Below are positions 1-10,275 of a stretch of DNA of 64,000 nucleotides, in pieces. A program made the translations under genes and the position numbers. The stretch covers positions 4,416,001 through 4,480,000 of the forward strand of contig OY969811.1 in the NCBI GenBank assembly GCA_963703315.1, written 5' to 3'. The notes beneath the pieces are model-generated. The model had not been told where the DNA came from and ran no database searches. It saw nothing but the letters and a program-made list of their open reading frames with translations. The stretch is from an uncultured cyanobacterium. GTDB lineage: Bacteria > Cyanobacteriota > Cyanobacteriia > Pseudanabaenales > Pseudanabaenaceae. Position 1 is the stretch's first letter. Every line of letters begins with the position of its first letter.

Positions 1-624
1 AAAGTGCTTTGGACTTGGGAAGCCCCGCGAAAACCTGATGGCTCAGGCTTTCGATCAGCCAATGTTTTAGGAGATACGCTCTTCTATACCTCAGATTTCG
101 ATAATAGCAAGATGCAGTCATCAGAAAGACTCCGTGCGATCGACCTCAAAACTGGCAAAGAAAAATGGTCGTATGTCATTACTGACCAAACTAATTGGCG
201 AACTAAAGCTGTTAGCGATCGCGAAGTTTTGCTCTGGGAATCACAAAATAATGTTGGTGGTAATTTTGTGGTGTTAGACAAGGAAACTGGCAGATTCTTA
301 CGCAGATTTACAGTGCCACTTGGCTATTATGCGGCGTTTAAACCTTTAACTTGGGCAGATGGTCGGATTTATATAGAGGCGCTAGAACCCGAAAATGAGA
401 CACTAAACTTTTCCGATTCTGTTAGAAATAGATGGTTAGGAGCCTTTGACGATAAAACTGGCAAATTAATATGGCGAACTCCCTCTTTGATAAATAGCAG
501 TAATGACTATCCACCTGTTATTAGTGCTGTAGCCGATAAAGCTGAAAAGAAACGTTTGATTTTTGCTAGCAATTTCTTTGGTATAAAAGGTGGTAGTAAA
601 ATTCAATCTTTTCTTATTCCCTAA
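1..624 (+). CDS. PQQ-like/BamB-type beta-propeller repeat protein, 5' end outside the window
   Basis: Repeats such as 'LRAIDLKTGKEKWSY', 'VVLDKETGRFL', 'AFDDKTGKLIWRT'; paralog of 831..2168. Confidence 0.8.
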   Translation, partial: KVLWTWEAPRKPDGSGFRSANVLGDTLFYTSDFDNSKMQSSERLRAIDLKTGKEKWSYVITDQTNWRTKAVSDREVLLWESQNNVGGNFVVLDKETGRFLRRFTVPLGYYAAFKPLTWADGRIYIEALEPENETLNFSDSVRNRWLGAFDDKTGKLIWRTPSLINSSNDYPPVISAVADKAEKKRLIFASNFFGIKGGSKIQSFLIP

Positions 625-661
625 ACCAATAAAGGCATCGTTTCGCGATGCCTTTATTGGT
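625..661. terminator. GC-core hairpin downstream of first propeller gene
   Basis: accaataaaggcatcg-tttcg-cgatgcctttattggt; same aaaggcatcg core recurs at 2199..2235. Confidence 0.7.
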
Positions 662-830
662 CGTGGCAAGACATCATTCGCCAGTGTGGATAGAAGGTTT
701 GATGAGACTGATCGTGCCTGTAAAACTTGTGTAATATTTTGCCATACCAAAGGTAAGGGAAGATGTCACTAAGACATCGGCTTCTAAATTATAATCTTGA
801 AAATTATTGAGAAATATCGCGATCGCCGTT

Positions 831-2168
831 ATGAACTTAATACTCACAAAATTTAAACTGCCTGATTCGCGAAAATTAATTAACTTTGGGAAATACTTTC
901 TAATTTCCTTAGTACTGATGCTAGGCTTGCATCTTGTCGCCCATGCTAGTAATCCTGACGTTATAATTCAGCCTGAATGGAGTGCTGATCTAGAAACGAG
1001 TACAAAACTTGTTGCGACCGATCAGCAATTATTTGTGATCAGTTACAAGAAAGATGGTGAGGGCTATTTGTCAGAACTATTTGCCCTTGATATTGCATCA
1101 GGAAAAGTGCAATGGAAGCAAAAACTACCCCCCTATCGGAATACTTTTCGTCGTAGTTTAGTTCTGGACAATGGAACGATTTATGTTAGTCATGACAATG
1201 GCGTGGTGGGATTTGATCCTAAAACTGGCTCTCCCAAAGCATTATTTAAGTATGAGGAATATGAGGGGGGCAGCCAAGACGATCGCACGATGGGTATATA
1301 TCAAGGCATCGCTGTGTATGGTGATGCTAAATCAACCCGCGATCGCAACTACAGAAGCACTTATCGCATTGAGGTGTTTGGAATCAATCAGAATAAAACG
1401 ATCTGGTCATACAAACCCAATGCTAATGGACTGATTGGTATTTCTGTAGCCCATGATTCGATCAAACCAGTTATCCAGAATGGATTACTATTTTTACCTA
1501 ATTTTAATAACACTCCATCAGGACGCAGCGAACAATTTACAGTGATTGATGTGACATCAGGTAAAGTTCTTTGGAAATGGGAAGCGCCTCAAAATCCTGA
1601 TGGCTTATGGTCAGCCAAAGTTTTCGGAGATACGATTTATACTTCTGTCTTTGGTAATAGTGATATGAAACCATCGGGAAGACTGCGTGCGATCGATCTC
1701 AAAACTGGCAAAGAAAAATGGTCGTATGTGATCACTGGCAAAGCCAAAGCTGTTAGCGATCGCGAAGTCTTTGTGTGGCAATCTCAAGGTAATTCTGGTA
1801 ATAATTTTGTGGTGCTAGACAAGGAAACTGGCAGATTTTTACGCAGATTTGCACTGCCTCGCATCCATTATGATGAACCTCAAAATTTAACTTGGTCAGA
1901 TGGTCTCATTTACGCGCCTGATATGGAAATCAAAAATGCGACCTTCGGCTTTTATGGCTCTGCCGATAACAATAGTTGGGTCAGTGCCTTTGACGATCAA
2001 ACTGGGAAATTAGTCTGGCGGACTCCAACTTTGATGAATAGCCATATTTACTATCCACCAGTAGTTAGTGGTATCGCAGATAAATCTGCAAAGAAACGTT
2101 TGATTTTTGCTAGCAGTTTCCTGAGAACGAAAGGAAGTAGCAAAGTTCAAGCTTTCTCTATTCCCTAA
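831..2168 (+). CDS. Exported PQQ-like beta-propeller repeat protein (start could be 807)
   Basis: Signal-like hydrophobic segment ending AHA-S; multiple AxDxxTGKxxW repeats. Confidence 0.8.
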   Translation: MNLILTKFKLPDSRKLINFGKYFLISLVLMLGLHLVAHASNPDVIIQPEWSADLETSTKLVATDQQLFVISYKKDGEGYLSELFALDIASGKVQWKQKLPPYRNTFRRSLVLDNGTIYVSHDNGVVGFDPKTGSPKALFKYEEYEGGSQDDRTMGIYQGIAVYGDAKSTRDRNYRSTYRIEVFGINQNKTIWSYKPNANGLIGISVAHDSIKPVIQNGLLFLPNFNNTPSGRSEQFTVIDVTSGKVLWKWEAPQNPDGLWSAKVFGDTIYTSVFGNSDMKPSGRLRAIDLKTGKEKWSYVITGKAKAVSDREVFVWQSQGNSGNNFVVLDKETGRFLRRFALPRIHYDEPQNLTWSDGLIYAPDMEIKNATFGFYGSADNNSWVSAFDDQTGKLVWRTPTLMNSHIYYPPVVSGIADKSAKKRLIFASSFLRTKGSSKVQAFSIP

Positions 2169-2169
2169 T

Positions 2170-2235
2170 TTGTGGCGCAAAGCGCCACAACTCTCTTTAA
2201 AAAGAAAGGCATCGCTTCGCGATGCCTTTCTTTTT
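2170..2235. terminator. Two adjacent hairpins between convergent genes
   Basis: ttgtggcgc-aaa-gcgccacaa and aaaaagaaaggcatcgc-ttc-gcgatgcctttcttttt. Confidence 0.7.
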
Positions 2236-2236
2236 C

Positions 2237-2791
2237 TTAAACCTTGCTACGGAGAATATCTCGACTGATCGCATTTTGGAAATCTTCTAAATGTGACTTA
2301 TGCTGTGGTAGCCAGACATCTCCTGTGGCGATCGCCATCGGTGGCAAAACATCATAAATTGGCTCTTGCAAAAAGTAAGTATCTTTTAACTGCACTAACC
2401 ATGCCGCTTGTCCTTGGTCTTGTACCCTTGATTGAATATCAATGAGACTAGTGGGGGCAATATCCAAATGTTGATCTAGCTCGAAATCTACTTCTAAGTT
2501 GCTGCGATCGCAGGGAAATATCGAGGCGATCGTGGCTAGTCCTTGAAGGGCAAAGGCAGGAAAGGTGTCAGTATCAAAGCCAAACTCATCCATGAGTTGC
2601 CGACAGATATGGGCAGATTCGGGATTGTCAGGATAGCCGAGGGAATGAATTAAGACTCTAGTATCAGTCGCAGTTTTGATAAATTCAGGCGGATTGAAAA
2701 TAACTAAGGTGGTATACACCCGCGCTAAGTAACAAACTGCCTCTTCAGGGCATAGAGAAATGGCTACGGTGATTGCTGCTTGGTCAAGCAT
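2237..2791 (-). CDS. Hypothetical protein, possibly ASCH/PUA-like (start uncertain; ORF open to 2839)
   Basis: ~185 aa ORF; N-terminal 'AISLCPEEA' loosely resembles the start of ASCH domains. Confidence 0.5.
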   Translation of the reverse strand: MLDQAAITVAISLCPEEAVCYLARVYTTLVIFNPPEFIKTATDTRVLIHSLGYPDNPESAHICRQLMDEFGFDTDTFPAFALQGLATIASIFPCDRSNLEVDFELDQHLDIAPTSLIDIQSRVQDQGQAAWLVQLKDTYFLQEPIYDVLPPMAIATGDVWLPQHKSHLEDFQNAISRDILRSKV

Positions 2792-3033
2792 GATGCAGAA
2801 ATGCAAGTACTTTTGATGTTTAAGCTGATCAGCATACAACGATTCTGAGGTTTGCGCGTTGCTGCAAATGACTTAATCTTGCACCAAAATCGCTAATTTA
2901 GGGCGAAGACTGACTATTTTGCTTAACGTAAAACTTTGAGTAAAAAATCGTTATATATACTGACTACCTCCTTGACGAAGAGTTCACAAAGTTGTTGCCA
3001 TCCAATGATGATAGGGGTTGCAAAGCGCCGCTA

Positions 3034-3456
3034 TCATCTTTTTGAGAAGACAAAGTGCTGCTTAATTACATCAAATTTAGTGCATTTCCAATAGTCAATA
3101 TGGGAAATAATTAATTCGCGATCGCCCTGCCCTTCACCTAAACCATCAGCAAAATTTTCCAGAGTGAGATCGCTCCAGCCTGTAACACTGATCCGAGGTT
3201 TCCAAGGAAAAGGTGCATCCCAACTCATTGTCCAACGGGCTGTGACTAAATTATCAGTACGTTTAATCTCATGGAGATCCAGCTTGAGATTTTTAAACCA
3301 AAAGGTAATAAACCCAATCATCTTTTGATATTGCTTGATCCCCCGAAAGTTATAGACAGGATCTTTAAAATAGACATCTTCGCTATAGATGCTATAGGTT
3401 TGCGCTTCAGGGAATTTTGCATAATCTGCTGTAATTATGTCGAGAATATTAGTCAT
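3034..3456 (-). CDS. DUF2358 / SnoaL-NTF2-like protein
   Basis: 'YSIYSEDVYFKDPVYNFRGIKQY', 'WKPRISVTGWS', 'SHIDYW'. Confidence 0.8.
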   Translation of the reverse strand: MTNILDIITADYAKFPEAQTYSIYSEDVYFKDPVYNFRGIKQYQKMIGFITFWFKNLKLDLHEIKRTDNLVTARWTMSWDAPFPWKPRISVTGWSDLTLENFADGLGEGQGDRELIISHIDYWKCTKFDVIKQHFVFSKR

Positions 3457-3606
3457 TTTGTGATCGCCTCCTATGAAATTCTTAGAGCCAAGACACCAAA
3501 GAGAGTTGCACCGCAACTCTCTTTGGTGTCTGCATTAGCTTTTGATAATAACCTTGAGGACGCGCAACGCTAAGAATCTCAAGAGAGATTAAGGACTTAC
3601 AGTAAA

Positions 3607-3663
3607 ATAAAGAACCAGTTTTGGTAGCGCGGCAAAGCCGCGCTACCAAAACTGGTTCTTTAT
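3607..3663. repeat. Perfect 27-bp-arm GC-core palindrome
   Basis: ataaagaaccagttttggtagcgcggc-aaa-gccgcgctaccaaaactggttctttat. Confidence 0.9.
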
Positions 3664-3677
3664 CAGAGGAGATTCTT

Positions 3678-4142
3678 ATGTGGGCTAATGCGATCGCTGC
3701 CTATTTACATTATTTGAGCTTAGCGCTGATTTTTGCAGCCTTATCTACGGAATTATTTACGTTAAAACAAGACTTAACTAATAAAGAAGCGTGGCGAATT
3801 CTGATTGCTGATAGCATCTATGGGCTGGCAGGAATCACTGTCTTAGTCACAGGAATTTTGAGGGTTTTATACTTCGAGAAAGGTGCTGACTATTACACCC
3901 ATCAGCCTGTTTTTTGGATGAAAATATCGGTGTTTATTGTCGTCGGTTTGTTGTCGCTATATCCCACGTTCTCATTCTTGATGTGGATTAAAGCCCTTCG
4001 TGCCGAAAAGCCCCCTGAAGTCAGTCCCGAAAAAATCAAAACGCTCAAAACTATCGTTCATATAGAACTGTTTGGATTTAGCCTCATTCCCCTCCTAGCC
4101 TCAATGATGGCAAGAGGTATTGGCGCAAACTGGTTCCATTAA
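3678..4142 (+). CDS. DUF2214 family membrane protein
   Basis: 'AYLHYL', 'D..YG', 'KG..YY...P.FW.K', 'LLSLYPT', 'MARGIG'; RBS gaggag upstream. Confidence 0.85.
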   Translation: MWANAIAAYLHYLSLALIFAALSTELFTLKQDLTNKEAWRILIADSIYGLAGITVLVTGILRVLYFEKGADYYTHQPVFWMKISVFIVVGLLSLYPTFSFLMWIKALRAEKPPEVSPEKIKTLKTIVHIELFGFSLIPLLASMMARGIGANWFH

Positions 4143-4172
4143 TCGCAAAAGTGTCGCTTTGCGGCACTTTTG

Positions 4173-4499
4173 TTAAGACAAAGCATCCCGCAGCATCGCT
4201 AATTTTTCAGGCAAAATGCGATAGTAAATCCAAGTCCCACGTCGATCTTTGGTGAGTAAACCTGCTTCATAGAGGACTTTGAGATGGTGACTCACTGTTG
4301 GTTGCGATAAACCCAGAGTCTCCACCAATTCACAAGCACATACCTCTTGACTTGGCTGAGCCGCAATTAAGCTCAAGATTTGTAAACGCGCAGGTTCTCC
4401 CAAGACACGAAATATCGTGGCTAAATAGTTAGCATCGCTAGAAGTCAGACGACCTTCTAGCAAGGGTGGACAACAGATAATTGATTGATTTGACTTCAT
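4173..4499 (-). CDS. arsR: ArsR/SmtB family transcriptional repressor
   Basis: 'LGEPARLQIL', 'EVCACEL', 'SQPTVSHHLKVL..AGL'; divergent from acr3. Confidence 0.9.
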   Translation of the reverse strand: MKSNQSIICCPPLLEGRLTSSDANYLATIFRVLGEPARLQILSLIAAQPSQEVCACELVETLGLSQPTVSHHLKVLYEAGLLTKDRRGTWIYYRILPEKLAMLRDALS

Positions 4500-4531
4500 A
4501 AACTTATACTGCCATGAATGAAGACTAGATC

Positions 4532-4565
4532 ACAAATATCGATTATTATAAATATTGATATTTGT
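4532..4565. promoter_or_regulatory. Inverted repeat between arsR and acr3, candidate ArsR operator
   Basis: acaaatatcgat-N10-attgatatttgt (11/12 match). Confidence 0.55.
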
Positions 4566-4585
4566 CGATATCAGGTAAATCAATC

Positions 4586-5638
4586 ATGGCACATATACAG
4601 CCGATTAAACGACTATCAATTCTCGATCGCTTTTTGACCGTCTGGATTTTTCTGGCAATGGCGGTAGGTGTGACGATCGGCGCACTTTTTCCTGCTGTTG
4701 ATCGGGTAATCAATCAGTTTCAAGTTGGGACTACCAATATTGCGATCGCGATCGGTTTAATTTTGATGATGTATCCACCTTTCGCGAAAGTGCGTTATGA
4801 AGAATTAGGCGATGTCTTCCGCAATGGCAAAATCTTGGCTCTAGCCCTATTCCAGAGTTGGATCATTGCGCCGAGCCTGATGTTTCTATTGGCGATCGCC
4901 TTTTTTCGAGACTCACCCGAATATATGGTTGGTTTGATGTTGATTGGGATTGCGCCATGTATCGCGATGGTAGTGGTATGGAGCGATCTCGCTAAGGGCA
5001 ATTCTGAATATACGGCGGGATTAGTTGCCTTTAATAGTATCTTCCAAGTTCTATTTTATAGCTTCTATGCTTGGTTTTTTATTACCGTATTACCGCCGCT
5101 ATTTGGCTTACAAAGCACTGTGGTGAATGTAAGTATCATCGAGATTGGACAAACTGTTTCTATCTATCTCGGTATTCCTTTTATTGCAGGATTTTTGACG
5201 CGATTTTTCCTGAGCAAAATTAAAGGGAAAAACTGGTATCACAATGTATTTATTCCTAAAATCAGCCCAATCACCCTCATTTCATTGCTGTTTACGATTG
5301 TGGTGATGTTCAGTCTTAAGGGAAGCTTGATGTTAAAAATCCCTTTGGATGTCGTTAGGATTTCGATTCCATTGTTGATTTACTTCGTTGCGATGTTTGT
5401 AGTCAGTTTTTATCTTGCTTGGCTCATCAAGGCAGATTATGACAAGGCGGCGAGTGTGGCTTTTACGGCGGCAAGTAACAATTTTGAACTTGCGATTGCG
5501 GTGGCAGTCGGTGTATTTGGCATTAATTCAGGTGCAGCTTTTGTGGCGGTGGTTGGACCTCTCATCGAAGTTCCAGTTTTAATTAGTCTTGTGAATCTAT
5601 CTTTCTGGTTCAAGCGACATTACTTTGATCCTAAATAG
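4586..5638 (+). CDS. acr3: ACR3 family arsenite efflux transporter
   Basis: '[13 protein letters not shown]', 'MMYPP', 'APCIAMV', '[11 protein letters not shown]', 'GPLIEVPVL'. Confidence 0.95.
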   Translation: MAHIQPIKRLSILDRFLTVWIFLAMAVGVTIGALFPAVDRVINQFQVGTTNIAIAIGLILMMYPPFAKVRYEELGDVFRNGKILALALFQSWIIAPSLMFLLAIAFFRDSPEYMVGLMLIGIAPCIAMVVVWSDLAKGNSEYTAGLVAFNSIFQVLFYSFYAWFFITVLPPLFGLQSTVVNVSIIEIGQTVSIYLGIPFIAGFLTRFFLSKIKGKNWYHNVFIPKISPITLISLLFTIVVMFSLKGSLMLKIPLDVVRISIPLLIYFVAMFVVSFYLAWLIKADYDKAASVAFTAASNNFELAIAVAVGVFGINSGAAFVAVVGPLIEVPVLISLVNLSFWFKRHYFDPK

Positions 5639-5788
5639 GATTTCGTAACCCAACCAAGAACTCAAGTTCTTGGCTCAAAGCTCAAGTCGGCTAAAGCAGA
5701 CTAAAAAGACCTTTTCTCTGATCAACCCGTTTTAACGGGTTTAAGCTTTCAGCCCGTAATTTATTACAGGGCTATTGCGTAAGTTATA
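5636..5788. mobile_element. ~150 bp MITE-like element with IS701-like ends and four internal hairpins (copy 1)
   Basis: Inverted homolog at 41149..41298; ends taggatttcgta / tgcgtaagttata resemble the IS TIR taggacttacgca. Confidence 0.7.
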
Positions 5789-5801
5789 TCAACTTTTGGT
5801 G

Positions 5802-5871
5802 TTGACAGATTCCCACAGGTATAGCCAAAATAAATATATTGATTAACATAAATATTTATTTTAATCAATAT
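5802..5871 (+). promoter_or_regulatory. Candidate promoter (-35 TTGACA at 5802) and 36-bp palindromic operator upstream of gap-arsJ
   Basis: atattgattaa-c-ataaatatttat-t-ttaatcaatat at 5836..5871; ATATTGAT half-site shared with the acr3 inverted repeat. Confidence 0.55.
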
Positions 5872-5900
5872 TTAAAATATACTTAACCTTTAGATAATTT

Positions 5901-6920
5901 ATGGCTGTGCGAGTTGGTATTAATGGGTTTGGCAGAATTGGCAGACTGGTGCTGCGGGCTGGTTGGGACTTTCCCGAATTAGAATTTGTGCATATCAATG
6001 AAATCAATGGCGGCATCGAAGCGGCAGCGCACTTGCTCAAATTTGACTCAGTACATGGTCGTTGGTTGCCTGATGTGAGATTAGAAGGCGATCGCCTAGT
6101 CATTGACGATCAAAAATCAATTCAAAAAATCAGCTTTAGTGAATATGCCAAACCCGAATTAGTTAACTGGCAAGAATTAGGCGTAGATCTAGTTCTGGAA
6201 TGTTCTGGCAAATTCCGCACTCCCGAAACCCTAAGTCCCTATTTCACCAAAGGCGTAAAGAAAGTCATCGTCGCGGCTCCCGTGAAGGAAGAAGCACTAA
6301 ATATTGTGATGGGAATTAACGATCATCTCTACGATCCCGATCAGCACCATCTTCTTACCGCAGCATCCTGTACCACCAATTGTCTCGCGCCTGTAGTGAA
6401 AGTTATTCATGAAGGTCTAGGCATTAAACATGGTGTAATTACCACGATTCATGACAATACAAATACCCAAACCCTTGTCGATGCACCACATAAAGATCTG
6501 CGCCGTGCTAGGGCTTCGGCTTTATCATTAATTCCGACTACAACGGGATCGGCAACTGCGATCGCCATGATTTATCCCGAGCTCAAGGGCAAGTTGAATG
6601 GACTAGCCGTGCGTGTACCTTTGCTGAATGCTTCGCTTACCGATTGTGTGTTTGAGGTAGCGCGATCGACAACCATTGAAGAAGTGAATAGTTTGTTGAA
6701 ATCTGCCGCCGAAGGTGAACTGAAGGGAATTTTAGGTTATGAAGAGCGTCCTTTAGTTTCTATTGATTACAAAGATGATTCGCGATCTTCAATTATTGAT
6801 GCTCTCTCCACAATGGTTGTAGATGGAACTCAGGTCAAGATTTTAGCTTGGTATGACAACGAATGGGGCTATTCCTGTCGCATGGCAGAATTAGCGAGAA
6901 AAGTGGCAATCTCTTTATAA
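5901..6920 (+). CDS. gap: ArsJ-associated glyceraldehyde-3-phosphate dehydrogenase (Gap3 type)
   Basis: '[10 protein letters not shown]', '[11 protein letters not shown]', 'WYDNEWGY'; directly upstream of arsJ. Confidence 0.95.
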   Translation: MAVRVGINGFGRIGRLVLRAGWDFPELEFVHINEINGGIEAAAHLLKFDSVHGRWLPDVRLEGDRLVIDDQKSIQKISFSEYAKPELVNWQELGVDLVLECSGKFRTPETLSPYFTKGVKKVIVAAPVKEEALNIVMGINDHLYDPDQHHLLTAASCTTNCLAPVVKVIHEGLGIKHGVITTIHDNTNTQTLVDAPHKDLRRARASALSLIPTTTGSATAIAMIYPELKGKLNGLAVRVPLLNASLTDCVFEVARSTTIEEVNSLLKSAAEGELKGILGYEERPLVSIDYKDDSRSSIIDALSTMVVDGTQVKILAWYDNEWGYSCRMAELARKVAISL

Positions 6921-6981
6921 ACGCAAAATTGAGCGTGCAAAGCACGCTCAATTTTGCTGCAAATATTCTTTAAGAAAACCT

Positions 6982-8241
6982 ATGACCTCCTCTACTGCAT
7001 CTCAAGCGAACTTCAAAAATTATGTGCTTGTTACCCTCACCTATTGGGGATTCACGATTACCGACGGTGCTTTGCGACTATTGGTACTGCTCTATTTCAA
7101 TAACATTGGCTATACACCAATTCAAATAGCTTCTCTGTTCCTATTCTATGAAGTCTTTGGAGTTTTCACTAACTTCTTAGGTGGATGGATTGGTTCACAA
7201 TTAGGGCTGAAGGTGACACTCTATACAGGGATAAGCTTACAGGTATTCTCGTTGGTAATGCTATCCTTTCTCAATCTAGAATGGGCGCAATGGTTAGCAG
7301 TTCTCTATGTGATGATCGCTCAAGCTTTTTCAGGCATTGCTAAAGACTTAACGAAGATGAGTACGAAAAGCGCAATTCGCTTAGTTGTGCCGCAAGATGC
7401 TCAATCGGCTCTGTTTAAATGGGTTGCCATTCTCACAGGTTCTAAGAATGCTCTCAAAGGCGTGGGCTTTTTTATTGGCAGTGCTTTACTAGGATTATTT
7501 GGCTTTGTCAATTCTCTATGGATTATGGCGGGAGGACTTTTTCTACTCTTATTTACAGGCTTATTTCTGCCCAAAGGCATGGGTAAAATCAAAGCAAAAG
7601 TCAAGTTCAAACAACTCTTTTCTAAAAGCCCTGAAATCAATCTTCTATCTGCTGCCAGATTCTTTCTATTCGGCTCCAGAGATGTTTGGTTTGTGGTGGG
7701 ATTGCCTGTATTTTTGCGAAGTGTTTTAGGCTGGTCGTTTTATCAAGTTGGTGGATTCCTCGCCTGTTGGGTAATTGGCTATGGTCTGATTCAATCCCTT
7801 GCACCGACATTAATTAAGCGCTTTGGTAATGGTCAGCCGCCGCGATCGCACACTGTGCGATTTTGGACAACTTCCCTCATTGCCGTCCCTGCATTAATTG
7901 CGATCGCTTTACAATTAAATCTCCCAGCAAACCTAGTAATCATCGTCGGCTTACTGATTTTTGGTGTCGTCTTTGCCTTCAATTCATCGGTGCATTCCTA
8001 TCTAGTTCTCGCCTTCACTGACGATGACAAAGTAGCTCTAAATGTTGGCTTCTATTACATGGCAAATTCGGGCGGACGTTTAGCAGGAACAGTTCTTTCT
8101 GGTTTGATTTATGAATTTTATGGCTTAGTTGGGTGTCTATGGGTATCAGCAATCATGGTTTTAGCGGCTGCCTTAGTTACTCGCAAGTTGCCCGATCCAG
8201 AGACGAGTAAGGCGATCGCATGGAAATCCGATAGAGAATAG
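6982..8241 (+). CDS. arsJ: Organoarsenical efflux MFS transporter ArsJ
   Basis: 'YWGFTITDGALR', 'SGIAKDLTKMS', 'LTGSKNALKG', 'RDVWFVVGLPVFL', 'VGFYYMAN'. Confidence 0.92.
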   Translation: MTSSTASQANFKNYVLVTLTYWGFTITDGALRLLVLLYFNNIGYTPIQIASLFLFYEVFGVFTNFLGGWIGSQLGLKVTLYTGISLQVFSLVMLSFLNLEWAQWLAVLYVMIAQAFSGIAKDLTKMSTKSAIRLVVPQDAQSALFKWVAILTGSKNALKGVGFFIGSALLGLFGFVNSLWIMAGGLFLLLFTGLFLPKGMGKIKAKVKFKQLFSKSPEINLLSAARFFLFGSRDVWFVVGLPVFLRSVLGWSFYQVGGFLACWVIGYGLIQSLAPTLIKRFGNGQPPRSHTVRFWTTSLIAVPALIAIALQLNLPANLVIIVGLLIFGVVFAFNSSVHSYLVLAFTDDDKVALNVGFYYMANSGGRLAGTVLSGLIYEFYGLVGCLWVSAIMVLAAALVTRKLPDPETSKAIAWKSDRE

Positions 8242-8395
8242 TTCGGTAGTAGACTCTTTAATCTAAAATAGTGCAATAGTCGATTATGTGGCAACAACAT
8301 TTGTTACGAAAAGAAGCAAAATAAAATAACATTGGGAAATGCTTTAACTTTGTCAAAACATTCAACTCTGCGGGAGAAATTATAGGAGCTATATT

Positions 8396-10168
8396 GTGCT
8401 GAAGTTTTCTACCTTTAAATCAGGCTTCCAAGAATTGGTAAATGAACTAAGGGGATTCGCAATCTCTATAACTGGATGGTTAAAAAAAGTTTTGCTATCA
8501 TGCAAATGGCTATTATTATCGATTATAGTCTTTTTGCTTTGTATATCACCAAGCTTCAGTCAGGATAGTTTCACCATAGATATAGACAGTGTGTCTCGTG
8601 GAACAACAATCACAGTTTCCATCAGTAGTTCTTTCATCACAGAAAAAAATACTGTGCCTAGACTTACCCTGATTGGTGAGAACGGTGAAGAGAAAATTAA
8701 GTTAAGTCAGTCAGACTCACTAAAGAAATCTTTGGAATTTACTATTCCTCAAAATTTAGCATTGGGTGAATATAACGCTAAAATCGACATTCTTCCTGAT
8801 GGACAGCCCAACGCTAAACCACTGAAATCCATCTCCGTTATTAATTCAAAGTCTCCAAACAAAAAACTTAGAATAAATAGCGAAGTGGGAGAATTATCCC
8901 CTAAGATCGAGTCCGTATTTCCCCGCATTATTTTTCCAAATAATAATGGCACTTATTCTTTTAAAGTGTATGGGAGTGGGTTCAGTACAACAGGAATAGA
9001 TAACAGTCTAATAATTTCAATAAAGAATCAAGACAATAGTTTCAGCCAAGTTTCCGAAATAAAAAATACCTGCTTGCCTGACAATACGCAATGTAAAAAG
9101 CTTCATCAAGACAAAATCATAGCTATAGGTACTCGGCAACTTAATTTAGTGAATATTCAACATTATTATGCGGGAGAAATTGGTATTCAAATAAAAGTTG
9201 GAGAGAAGGTTTCGGAGCCACCATACACCATCACTCTGTCTAGGGTTGGCTACTGGACACCTATAATTTGGGCTATCGTTATTTTAATAGTTTTATTAGC
9301 GATTATCTTAACTATGCTTAGGGTGGGAAATGGCAAGACAAAACTACTCAAGTCATTTTTCATTGATAGCGATACTAAGACCTATAGTCTATCACAGCTC
9401 CAATTTTATCTTTGGACATTAGTTGCTATTTTGAGCTATCTATACCTGTTCCTTGCCAGAAGTTTGGCTCAGGGCAAACCCGAATTTATTGATATACCTG
9501 ATGGATTACCCAGCATTATGCTGCTTAGTGCTTCAACAACTACTTTTGCAGTAGGCATAAGTAATACTACAGGGAATAAGGGTTCTGGTCACATCAATCC
9601 TCGATTTTCAGATTTCATTACTTCAGGAGGAAATGTCGTCCCCGAACGATTACAGTTCTTTGTATGGACAATTATTGGTGTCATTGTTTATCTATGTATC
9701 GTAATACTTCAAAATGCTGGACAAATTCAGAGTTTGCCTACAGTTCCCCAAGGTTTTTTGCAATTATCAGGGATCAGCTCCTTGGGATATTTGGGTGGTA
9801 AGCTTGCTCGTAAACCTGGACCTGCAATCTCCAGCATTTCTAAGGCTATTTATGATCAAGACAAGCTCAGATTGTTAATTAGCGGCAGTAATCTTTCTAA
9901 GGATGCTAACTTTAATATTGAGATAGATAAGACAGATACGGAAGATGGTAAATCAAAAAGTACAATTAACTTACCTCGCGAAGGTGATTTTGAGGCTAAC
10001 ATCATAGAAGCAGAAGTGAATGATTCAAGTCTAGCAAAGATCCTAGAGATTAAAATCCCTAATGCTGAAACAAACGGTTATTTTAACAATAAAGACAACT
10101 ATCAATTAACTATTTATAATCCTGACGGGCAGTTTGCGGTCTGGAAGTTTGATAAGCCCTCACTATAG
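8396..10168 (+). CDS. Hypothetical membrane protein with Ig/IPT-like extracellular segments and a duplicated TM-hairpin module
   Basis: 590 aa; 'PKIESVFP...FKVYGSGF' and 'PAISSI...ISGSNL' are IPT-like; two 'LQF..WT...YL...P..P' helical units. Confidence 0.6.
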   Translation: MLKFSTFKSGFQELVNELRGFAISITGWLKKVLLSCKWLLLSIIVFLLCISPSFSQDSFTIDIDSVSRGTTITVSISSSFITEKNTVPRLTLIGENGEEKIKLSQSDSLKKSLEFTIPQNLALGEYNAKIDILPDGQPNAKPLKSISVINSKSPNKKLRINSEVGELSPKIESVFPRIIFPNNNGTYSFKVYGSGFSTTGIDNSLIISIKNQDNSFSQVSEIKNTCLPDNTQCKKLHQDKIIAIGTRQLNLVNIQHYYAGEIGIQIKVGEKVSEPPYTITLSRVGYWTPIIWAIVILIVLLAIILTMLRVGNGKTKLLKSFFIDSDTKTYSLSQLQFYLWTLVAILSYLYLFLARSLAQGKPEFIDIPDGLPSIMLLSASTTTFAVGISNTTGNKGSGHINPRFSDFITSGGNVVPERLQFFVWTIIGVIVYLCIVILQNAGQIQSLPTVPQGFLQLSGISSLGYLGGKLARKPGPAISSISKAIYDQDKLRLLISGSNLSKDANFNIEIDKTDTEDGKSKSTINLPREGDFEANIIEAEVNDSSLAKILEIKIPNAETNGYFNNKDNYQLTIYNPDGQFAVWKFDKPSL

Positions 10169-10275
10169 CTATACTTAAGTAAGTGAAGCTTCCTGTACTT
10201 AGTTTCAAAACGAGTACACACTCATTTAAGAACTGGTATAGTTTGGTAGATTTTTGGTGATTTAAGGTTATTAAG

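Noticed and set aside
1..2168. Diversity-generating retroelement TR/VR pair
   Set aside because: Differences between the paralogs involve all bases and indels rather than adenines only, and no reverse transcriptase is present.
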